A DNA stretch of 64,000 bases from Octopus vulgaris. Lineage: Eukaryota. The translations under genes were made by a program, and so were the position numbers. Each line of letters opens with the position of its first letter. Position 1 is the first letter of the stretch. Shown one piece after another: positions 53,330 through 64,000 of this stretch. Location of the stretch: contig OX597823.1 of the NCBI GenBank assembly GCA_951406725.2, positions 61,876,001 to 61,940,000 on the forward strand. Direction: 5' to 3'. The notes beneath the pieces were generated by a model, which made no database searches, was not told the DNA's origin, and worked only from the letters and a program-made list of their open reading frames with translations.

Positions 53330-54869
53330 CTCTAAGAGAATATTTGTAATAGTGGTTGTTTAACCCCTTGCCTGTTTGGATCCAGCAGATCTGTGTTTAA
53401 AATCATTCCAGTTGTGTATATTCTTTGTTTTATTTTTCTTAGACATTAAGTGTCTGGTATGGTTAGATGTGAGAGTGTTTTAGTTGCTATTTCTAGCAGG
53501 TTGAGTGACTATGTAAAAGGCTCCTTTCATTGGCAATGTTGTTGATGTTATTGTTATAGCTGTTGTTGCTTGGCTCTAGGTTAACCCTAAATGAAGTAGA
53601 CCTATAACTGAAGGTATCACATTCGCAATCATATTCTATCTCACCTAGGCACAGAAGGTACAGTGTACATAGAACCATGTCATCCAGCATGTTTTGCTTT
53701 CCTAAGACTGTAGGATGCAATTTGGGAATGATTTGGCTGCTATTTCCAGCAGGCTGATCAACCATGTAAACTTCTCTTATTGGGATTATTAATATTGTAG
53801 TTGATGTGACTGTTATTGTTGTTTAACCCCAGGTCAGCCCTGATCCCTCAGGCTTATGATCAAAAGCGACCATTCTAACAGCAGCCATTGTCATTTTTTT
53901 TTTTTACGATAGTGTATCTTGGACTACAATTTCAAAAGTCTTTTTTCCCTTTTCCATTTATTAAATGAAAGTGTTATGTGATTTGAAAGAGATTTGAAGA
54001 GAACAACTGATAGATGACCTTGTTGGCTCAAAGTTAATTAAATTTTTTCTTTTTTGTTTAGTCCCATCTCACCTCCAAGCAAATGTCCCTAGATCAGTCC
54101 TTTTCAAGTAAATCTATGATTAAAGTCATTCCAACCACGGCAGTTTCAACTAAATTGCTGAATGACTGCATAAAGGCCTTGTTTTGTCCAGGTGTGCTTT
54201 AATTAAATGCATCTATTCAGATGTATTCTATTCTTGGCCATCCCAACTTTTCTGACATAGTTCGAGAGAACAATGTTCAGTGTCCTTCCATTTCTTTTTT
54301 TTTTTTTTGTTTATCTGTTTACCTTTTATTTCAGTCATCAGACTATGGCCATACTGGAGCACTACCTTGAATTTTTAATCAAAGGAATTGACCCCAGTAC
54401 TTAACATTTTAAGCCTGGTACTTATTCTGTCAGTCGCTTTGCTGAGCCACTAAGTTACAGGTAAATAAACACAACACTAGTTGTCAAGCAGTGGTAGGGG
54501 ACAAACACAGACATAATGACACACACACATACACACACACATATACGGTGGTCTTCTTTCAGTTTCTGTCTATCAAATCCACTCACAGCGCCCGAGGCAA
54601 GATTTGTGCCACACAGCTATGTCTGCGCCTACAAAAATATTTAATAAGGCTCCATATAACTCCTTGTAGAGATTGAAACCTCCATCTTGAGATCATATTA
54701 CTACTTATCAACACCTTTACTTACAAGGCCATCAAAGCTATATATAATAAAAACAAAATACAGACATGTTATTTAAAGGAGATTTAGTTCTTTCATTCTC
54801 TAGCAACTTTTTTCTTTCTTTCTTTTTTTTTGTTATATCAAGTGTTTTATTTTCGTTTTGATGTAACAG

Positions 54870-54925
54870 GTTGTTGAGGAAAGAGGAGAAAGCTTAGCAC
54901 AGAAATCTTCAAAAGTCAGCATTTT
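54870..54925 (+). other. Candidate 56-nt exon
   Basis: ttttattttcgttttgatgtaacAG acceptor; purine-rich body; TTT|GTAAGA donor. Confidence 0.4.
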
Positions 54926-57900
54926 GTAAGAAGTTTAACATCCTATCTAAAGTTAAGAAAACGTGAATTTCTATCAAACAAATTTTTTTATAAAACAGTT
55001 GTTTGTTGTCTAGCCCCAGTTCAATTCTAATCATGTAGGCATCTGATCAAATGGTTGTATCATCATCATCATCATTTAACATCCTTTTTCAATGCTGGTA
55101 TGGGTTGGAAGGATTGACGGGAACAGATAAGGCTAGGGGCCCACACCAGGCTCCATAGTCTGTATAGTTATGACTACACTGATCACATTTTGATACATCC
55201 TTTTGTTTTTAGGGTGATAGGGTATGACTGAGTGAAATTTGGCTGCTATTTCTAGCAATTCAAATATCTTTTATCTTTTACTTGTTTCAGTCATTAGACT
55301 GCGGCCATGCTGTCTTGAATGAATTGACGCCAGTATTTATGTTTTTGTAAAGCCTGCTGCTTATTCTGTAAGCCTCTTTTGCTGAACTGCTAAATTACAG
55401 GGATGTAAATGTCCCAATACTAATTGTCATGTGGTGACAGGGAACAAACACACACACACATACACATGCACACGCAATGGTCTTCTTTCATATTTTCTCC
55501 CTATCAAATCTACTGAAGTTTTTAGTCAGGCTGAGGCTATAGTAGAGACATTTGCCCAAGGTGCCATGCAATGGGACTGAACCTGGTACCATGTGGTCGG
55601 GAAGCAAACTTCTTGCCACACAGCCATAATGTAGTTTTTACTTGAAACTGATCTTAGCTCATAGTTCATTTCTGTACAATATTTCTTCCATTTTTTTCTC
55701 TCTCTATTTGATGTGTGTGTGTATGTGTGTGTATACATATATGTACACACACATAAACACACACATATTCTCTCTTGTCTTTTTTTCTGTCATTGCATCA
55801 TCATTGCAAACACTTTGGTAGCTTCACATTTGTTTTTTCCCAATATTTGCAGTGTAATTCTTCATATGACATTTTCTTGAATCAATACCCTTCAGACAAT
55901 CATGAGTAAGAAGACTATAAGCTTAATAGATAATTTAATCTTTCTTCAAACCAGTTCCAGACCCAATAAGTGATCAAAGTCATTTTTTTGTCACACCATC
56001 AAACAAACAAAAGTTCATAGCTTGTGGCTCCCCAGTCAAACCTAAAAGTTCCTTTCATGAAAAATAACGTATGTATCAAAATATATCTCAGAAACCCAAT
56101 GATTGTTCCACATAAAATCCACCCAGTCTACTCTGTAAATTGGTTGGTGTTAGGAAGGGTCCCCAGCCATGGAAACCATGCCAAAGCAGACACTGGAGTT
56201 TGGTCCAATCCTCTGGCTCACCAGCTACTGTCAAACTTCCCAACCCATACCAACATGGATGGTGGATGTTAAATGATGATGATGATGATGATGGTGATGA
56301 TGAATACTGACAAAAGAAATTTGAACTGGTGAAAATACATTTTCATTGAATAGAAGGAGAAGGCTCCGCAAAATGGGGGATTTGTTGCTAAGACTAAAAT
56401 GAAAAATGGTAGAGATGTTGTTATTGGCAACTGATAGGTGTTGTGTTAAGACACATCATTAATTAAATATGTGTGCAGCTATGTCAGCAAAGGATCTGAC
56501 ACTGCTGTGTATGCTCTTCTGCAAGAAAACCTGATTATGTGACCCAGTTCCACTTGAGAAAAATACACCAGCAACATTGAAGCATCCTGGTAAATTTTTA
56601 AAGCTTGTGTATTGTATGTGTATGTATGTTTGTGTGTCTCCTTGTCTTAACATCATGTGACAGTTGTAAAAATGTGTTCCTGTCACACAAGCAGTGTTAT
56701 TCATTTCCAATATTTTGCGAAAGTATGTTTGACTATGGAGAAATATTAATTTACTAGGAAATAGGTTAGTGTTGATGACAGGAAGGGCATCTGGCTTTAG
56801 ATGATTTAGGGCAGATTATAATCTGCCTCAATATATTCTTTCTGGCCAATGTAAGCATGGAAAGGTGGACATTAAGACTATGTTGTTAATATGATGATGA
56901 TGATGACAATCTCTAGAACTACATTAGCCTACTATGATTGATTGATTCTAGTTTCAGCTCACGAGCTGTGGCCATGCTGGGGCACCGCCATTTCACTTTG
57001 TTCACTTTTTTTTCAAAAGATAGTATACATGAGTTGATGGAGATAGTAGATTGATCAACAATGTCAAAGTTACTTGGTTGACTTATCATATGTAATCATA
57101 TTCAGGTGTAGGTTTACTCTTTTTTTTTGTTGTTAACATTGGTAAAGGAACTGTTTTCAGTGTGTGGTAGAATGAAATCACTGATTAGCCATTTTAGCCC
57201 TTTCAGTACCAACTCCTCTGAGACCCCTCTGATTCTCTACTGCAGCGGTCCCCAACCTATTTTTTATTTTGTTTGCACCAACAAACTGGTTTCATGCGAG
57301 ACAATTTTCTACGGACCAGAAAATCAAACTCATAACAAAACACAAAATGCATACAAGTGCTTATATGTAGTGGAAACCCATATGAGAGATTCTCTCATGG
57401 TAACTATCACAGTATTCAGTTTTTGACACAACATCCACTTCTAAGTGGGGATAAATATTACCTTTTGATATTAATACTGCTTCTGTTGCTAATATCATCA
57501 TCATCATTCTTTAGTATCTGTTTTCCATACTGGCATGGATTGGGCAGTTTAACCAGAGCTGGCTAGCAGAAGAACTGCACCAGATTCCAGTCTGATTTGG
57601 CTTGGCTTCTATGGCTGGATGCCCTTCCTAATGCCATCTACTTTACAGTGTGTGCTGGATGTTTCTTAAGCGGCACCAGCATGGGCACTGTTATGTGGCA
57701 TTGACTTGGCTGTTATTACATGGCATTGGTGCTGGTGCTTTTTACAGGCCAACTTCTTCAGCAGGGGGAGCATGGCATTAACACTTCTATTGTGGAGGAC
57801 AGGTCTTCTTGGGTATTATATAATAATTATCATTAAATTTAATCATTACATATATAATGCAAAAAACAAAGTGCTGACTGCAATAGTCAGTAAAATAGAA

Positions 57901-60570
57901 ATAAGATTTTAAAATTTATTCATTCTGCGCAGTTTGGTACCAAATGACCCACTGCTCTGTATTGGTCTGTGACCTGGGTGTTGGGGACCCTGAAGAACTT
58001 TTTATGTTCTAAAACATCAGTTAAAAAATGATTGTCAGGTATTTTATGAAATTCTTCAAGTTTTGATTATTTTCGAAAGTATTCAAAATGATAGCCAAGG
58101 CATTTCATAGGAAATGTGGTGAGGAAAAGGTTAAAACTGATATTAATTTACTGGAATATGGAAATTACGTTTCTCTAATATATCTCTTTGCCATTGACAA
58201 CATGAGGAAAAACAAAAAGGAACTGATTTACTTGAATTCAAAGAAGAAATAAATTAGCAGAAATTCTATCCATTTTATATGGAAAATAAATTTGCCTCAG
58301 CAATATCAATAAATTAAAAACAGAAGTATAGAAAATGATTTAGAGCAAGCTTTTAGGAAGTAGGTGATTTGATATATTTTATTGATGCCTGGCATAACTG
58401 GATTGTTGACTTGTTTGATTGATTGGCTAATATGCTGATACATCCTGGTATTTAATGATTAGGCATTAATTGGTGCTGAAATATTTCTGATGCGTATCAA
58501 TTTATTGTAATTATTGATGGCTTATAAAGAACAGCAGGGTTACTATGGCAAATCTTTACTGTGTAATGTGAGTGACCTAAACCTGAACTAAATCTTAACA
58601 ATGAAGCTTAATCGACGAGCCATACTTCATCAAATTAAAGGCAGAATACTTTTCATTTTTCTTTCTTCTTTCTATTTTTATTTTTATTTTTTTCCCCACA
58701 AGAAACATATTGTGTGTGATGTAGATCTTCCTTTTAACTTTTACCTTGGACATGACTGGAATAAAATGCTGGTTCTCTCTAAATCTCTACTCTTCACAGC
58801 AGAGCAGACTACAGATTGTGAGTGGAAAATTTCTGGATTAATTACCAATCTATTTGTACCGTATAGTTTATGTCCTTTGAAAATCCTTTTTGGAAGTGTT
58901 ATTTAGTCCCAGATCAATCCTGATTGATCAGATGTATGATCAAAGCTATTTCATCCATCATTTTAAGTACTTATTGGATAATGGACTGGATTATCAGATA
59001 TGTTCAGTCCTTATTTAAGATAGTGAGGAGTGATTTGAAGGTCATTTGACTATTGTTTCTATCTGGCTAAGTTATCTTGGTTGAACACACCTATATTCAA
59101 AGTCATTTTTATTGTGACAGCCTCATCATTATATGTTGGAGTACATTATTTAATATGTCTTTTATTTCTTGAAGGGTGTAATTTGACTTCTATTTCTATG
59201 AAGTCAACCAGTCATATAGAGGCTTTCCCATTGTCTCATTTTCATTCACAGAAAAGCCACTTCAACAAATCTCATCTGACCCATGCAAACAGAAAAGTAA
59301 GTGTTTAAATGATGATGATTTCAGTAGGAGTTGGCAACAGATGGATCACTGTCTGTGAGCCTCAAATATTTTCCAAGAATTTTTCAAATCTTATGTATTT
59401 GTTCCCCTGGTCTATGGAAAAATTGTCTTGTATGAAACTGGTCCATGGTGTAAAGAGCTTTGGGACCATTGTCCTATAGGTTAAAATATAATATTTATCT
59501 TAACTAACTTGAAATCATAGGATTACATCATCCATCAGTAAAAAAACGTAAGTTCTAGTAAAACAGTGTTTTCTACATGAAACTATGTTTGGAATGGAGT
59601 GTAAAAATGCTCTACCAAACTTGCCCAAGCTACAGTTTTTATAGTCAAGTTCTCCCTGGGAGTTTCAGATCTTGTGCCAATTCAAACTGAAGCCATTTTA
59701 TCACTTCAGCTTTATTTGCAGCATTGAACTTCTTTTTAGGGTAACCACCACCACTACAACAACAGGACATTAGTTATTTAAGAAGTGATGCAACCATCTT
59801 GTTCAGCAGTAAATCTTCTTTAACAGGTCAACACAAACTGAAACCAGTTACCAAGAGATGTTGTTTTGCCAAATACAACCAATCAATTTTAAATATACTT
59901 GATAAATATTAGAACAAGTTATTTTTGAAACCCATTTCTACTAAACTTCAAGCTAACAAAAGGAGTCTTTCTGTGGTTACATAGCCTGCTAGAAATAGCA
60001 AACAAGTTACCTTCAAATTACACCTTACTGTCTTGAAAAAAATTGTAATAACATACTAAATAATGTTGTCTTGGATATGCTATGTCTGGAAAATAATTAG
60101 GAAAATATCAAGATTTTACTCATAGGTTTGGTTTAACCCAAGTGTCTGCCACCAAACTGGTCTGTGAGATGTGGGAAATTGCAGCCTTAATATATCTCTT
60201 GGTTTAGCAACACTGCCTAGCCCCTGGGTGCCTTTACTAACGGGAGTCTGTTCCATTGGTAGCATTCAGACCAAAGCTCTGATCTAAAGCCAACTACCTC
60301 CTTGCCTCTACCAGTTTTGAAAAAAACTGAGAAAATTCATGGGTATGAGATTGGTTTCTCCTCTGCAACTTTATGTAAGCCCTCACCTCCAACGCATATC
60401 ATCTTTAAGAATTCAGCTATGAATACCTTAGGCCTATCACTTTCAATCTTTTGAATGTTTGAATTCAGTTTCATCAGTAAAACTCCTATGGGTTTATAAA
60501 AGTTTTAGTTGGGGATCTCTCTAAGAAATCTAAATTACAATATTTTTTGCTAGTGTTATTTTTGTTACAG

Positions 60571-60631
60571 ATGGGATCATTTCATGAAGTTATTTCCATT
60601 TCGTAATAGTTACTTAGATGAAAGTAGTTGG
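60571..60631 (+). CDS. Candidate coding exon of unidentified gene (..WDHFMKLFPFRNSYLDESSW)
   Basis: ttatttttgttacAG acceptor, TGG|GTGGGT donor; phase-compatible with exon 1 ATG 44306, giving MSQQRWDHFMKLFPFRNSYLDESSW. Confidence 0.4.
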
Positions 60632-62011
60632 GTGGGTGTATGAGGTGGATTGGATTAATGTAATATTTGCACAGGTAGAGATTAACAAAAGATTCAATTT
60701 CTATAGGACACAAAGTGGCATGAGGTGTTTAGTGTATAGTCAAATAGGATACAATGTACATGATGGGATGTTTTCCCAGTTTTGTGAGCTGAAAACAGAC
60801 AAGTTCAACTTTGAAGAATGGTATAAAGTCAGGAAATATTATCCTCAATAATATGTCAAAAATTAAATTTGCAAATATATCCTATGCTAGTGTGAAATAT
60901 AAACAAAATATGTGACAGAAATAACTGCTTCTAATCTTAGGGATAAGGCTAGCAGTTTTGAGAGGAGAGGTTAGTTGATTTTATTGAACCCCAGTACTTG
61001 ACTAATACTTTCTATCAACATCAGACAATTGAACAGTAAAGTTAGCTTCAGTAGGATTTGAATTCAGAATGTAAAGATTTACAATTACAAACTGCAAAGT
61101 ATTTGCCCAATGTTCTTAGATTCTGCCAATCCAAATGTTACATTAGTTTATTGCTAGGCATAAAATGCTGGGCATAGGTATGACTGTATGGTTAAGAAAT
61201 TCATTCTTACACTCACATGGTTCTGAATTCAATCCCACTAAGTAACACCTTGGATAAGTGTCTTCTGTCATTGCCCAGGGTTAAACAATATCCTTTGAGT
61301 GGAATTTAATAGATGGAAACTTCAAAAGCATGTAGTTTAGTGGTTAGGGTTTTGCACACATGATCGCAAGATCATGATTTGGATTCCCAAACCAGTGGTT
61401 GATTGTGTTCTTGAGCAAAACACTTCATTTCATGTTGTTCCAGTCCACCCAACTGTAAATGGGTAACCCTGCAACTGACTAGTCTTCTGATCAGGGGAAA
61501 TGTTGACCTGCTAGCCTGCCTAGCCAGTGTGTTGTCATCATTCAAAAACAACTGTGAGGAAATGCATTGTGGCCAGCAGTGCGTAACAACATCTGATAAT
61601 CTGGTTGATACAACACACACACATACACACACACACTCTCTCTATCTCTCTCAACACACACAGTCACATATGCATTTATATCTTTTGGTGACATCTATCT
61701 GTAGTATTTGTTTCAGCCAAGTCGGGTAGACAATCTTCTTTGCCACTTTCTCCATTGTAATTACATGAGCCAGTGATTAGCTTGTTATGAACCCATAACC
61801 AAACCAAGTACTACTGATCACAAAATCAGATATGAAATAAATAAATGCACATTAGATGTTTTGTGTAAAGTATATTCATTTACTAGTTTCACACTGTAGT
61901 CATTGGGCAGCACAACTTTCAAGGTCTTTTTTCCATTACATCATCATTCTTAGTAATTATTTTATTGACATTAGATGGAGGAAAGGTAAAAGTAAAATCC
62001 AAGCAGGAATA

Positions 62012-62053
<42 letters not shown>

Positions 62054-62088
62054 CATACATACATACACACATACATACATACATACAT

Positions 62089-62122
<34 letters not shown>

Positions 62123-62399
62123 ACACACACATATCATCATCATTTAATGTCCATATTCCATGCTAGCATGGGTTGGACGATTTGACTGAGGACTGGCAAA
62201 CCAGATGGCTGCACCAGGCTCCAATCTTCATCTGGCAGAATTTTTACAGCTTTTTGCCCTTCCTAACGTCAACCACTCCTAGAGTATGGCCATTGCACAA
62301 AGCTTAACTGTTACTGGTGCTGTGATCGAATGTGACTTTTTAGCCCAGCTAAAGATCTACATACATACATACATACATATATATATATATATATCATTT

Positions 62400-62582
62400 G
62401 CCATGATAGATCGCTAGCCACTACACATTCCTTATTTTCTCTCCCTGTTTCTTTCTGTGTTCCTTTCTGTGGAAGAGCGTAGGCTCGAAACATTAAAAAC
62501 GTTTTCACTTCCCGAGCGTCAAACTAATACATCTGTTTGTTGTCTACACCACCTTTCTTCCTCTTTTGTTTTTTTGTGAATT
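62400..62582 (+). mobile_element. Penelope-type pLTR fragment with variant HHR-like motif
   Basis: cttt-CTGTGGAA-GAGC-gtag-GCTC-GAAA-cat-TA-aaaa at ~62463-62499; perfect stem II but altered core. Confidence 0.45.
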
Positions 62583-62597
62583 CTCCCCCCCCCCCCT

Positions 62598-62650
<53 letters not shown>

Positions 62651-63859
62651 TCTTCATTTAACATCTGTTCTCCACATGATGGTCTGGACAGTTTGACTGA
62701 GGTCTGGAGAGCCAGTGGCTGCACCAGCTGCCAATCTGATCTGGCAATGTTTCTACAGCTGGCTGCCCTTCCTAACGCCAATCACTCCAAGAGCGTAATG
62801 GGTGCTTTTTATGTGCCACCAGCACCAGAGCCAGTCAGGCATGTCTGGCATCGTTGGGATAGTGCTTTTTATGTGCCGCCAGCATGGGGGCCAGTCAGTG
62901 GGTACTGGCATCAGCATCAAAAGGATTCACAGAGCTGAAGAAAATAACAATGAACAATGTAGATACACTACTTCAAATTCATCACCCATAAACAAATCAA
63001 TAAACGTTTTGGAAGAATTCACTATAGATCCTTCACTGGCCTACACACACACACATATACATACATATATATACAAATTCATAATCCTGATATCGTTTTG
63101 AGTTTTAATGTCTTCATAGTTTAATACAGTTTTATGAAGATAAAGAAAAGCAGGAAATCCACCAACAAGAATTTAATATAATATTTTATAATTCATAGGA
63201 TTATAGAAAATAAATATCCCCCACTTTTATTTTGTTTGCTTATCTAAATATTGCCCAACGCTTAAGTATTAGCTTTGGACTGGCTTTATTTACTTTCTCA
63301 GAATGAAAATTACATATGTGGAACACAAAACTATTCAGCTACTAATTGGTTGTTGGTTTAATTGAGGCCATAATAGATATTTACTTATATAAATACTTAG
63401 GTATAGCATTTATATAAGTAAATACATTTACATCAAGATTTATATACATACACACACATGGATGTGTATGTGTTTATGTGTGTGTATGTGTTTGTGTGTG
63501 TATGTGGATGTGTTTGTGTATGTGTTGTGTATGTATGTGTGTGTGTTGTGTATGTGTGAGTGTTTATGCATGTGTGAGTGTTTATGTATGTGTGTTTGTT
63601 TTTATGTATGTGTGTGTGTTTATGTATGTGTGTGTGTTTATGTGTATGTATATATGTATGTTTATGTATGTGTATGTATCTATGTTTGTTTATGTATGTG
63701 CATGTATATATGTTTGTTTATGTATGTGTATGTATATAATTAACCATAGCTCAGGATTGGGAGCTCATAAAGGATTAGAATAAAGTTTGAATGAAAGCTT
63801 TAAGTTTTATTTCAGAGTACCAGAGACAATCCTGGCTGAAATTCTACCTGTTAAACATC

Positions 63860-64000
63860 AAGAGTTGCTCTTTTTTTTTTTGGCAATAAGTTCCTCAATC
63901 CTCTTCCTGACTGCACCACAAGCTTTCTTAATGAATTCCTCATCAATGTCTTCCTCCCACATCCCATGGATGGAGTTCTTGAGAGCTTGCAGGTTACTGT
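63860..64000 (-). mobile_element. C-terminal fragment of a Tc1/mariner-superfamily transposase (continues beyond window)
   Basis: Minus strand SNLQALKNSIHGMWEEDIDEEFIKKACGAVRKRIEELIAKK resembles Tc1/maT C-termini. Confidence 0.65.

Noticed and set aside
63816-64000. Next + strand exon after ttttatttcAG
   Set aside because: Phase-0 frame stops after 7 codons, and the sequence is better explained as an antisense Tc1-like transposase end

Overview
AT-rich, microsatellite-saturated eukaryotic DNA. The SINE, RTE-tail and Penelope repeat families suggest an octopus (coleoid cephalopod) genome; this is an inference from repeat content. Most listed ORFs are microsatellite artefacts. Real coding signal comes from transposon relics: (i) two near-identical 5'-truncated Dong/R4-like RLE LINEs sitting in (TAA)n, plus an older relative; (ii) a HERO-like RLE LINE that splits a Penelope-like (Naiad-type) RT; (iii) a separate Penelope GIY-YIG fragment; (iv) a decayed L1/Tx1-like 5' end; (v) RTE, mariner and Tc1 fragments; (vi) hAT and piggyBac MITEs and a Helitron end. 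A CpG-retaining segment at ~43.5-47.5 kb looks like a promoter and first exon of an unidentified + strand gene with small downstream exons. The most notable non-coding signal is a set of hammerhead-ribozyme (HHR) motifs. One is an apparently intact type I HHR (22606-22699, minus). Another sits in a tRNA-headed, HHR-carrying element inserted as an inverted pair with a 9-bp TSD and itself targeted by a Dong LINE. There are also permuted HHR core motifs inside a 1.1-kb near-perfect hairpin. All calls were made by eye, with no database searches or folding; most boundaries are approximate.
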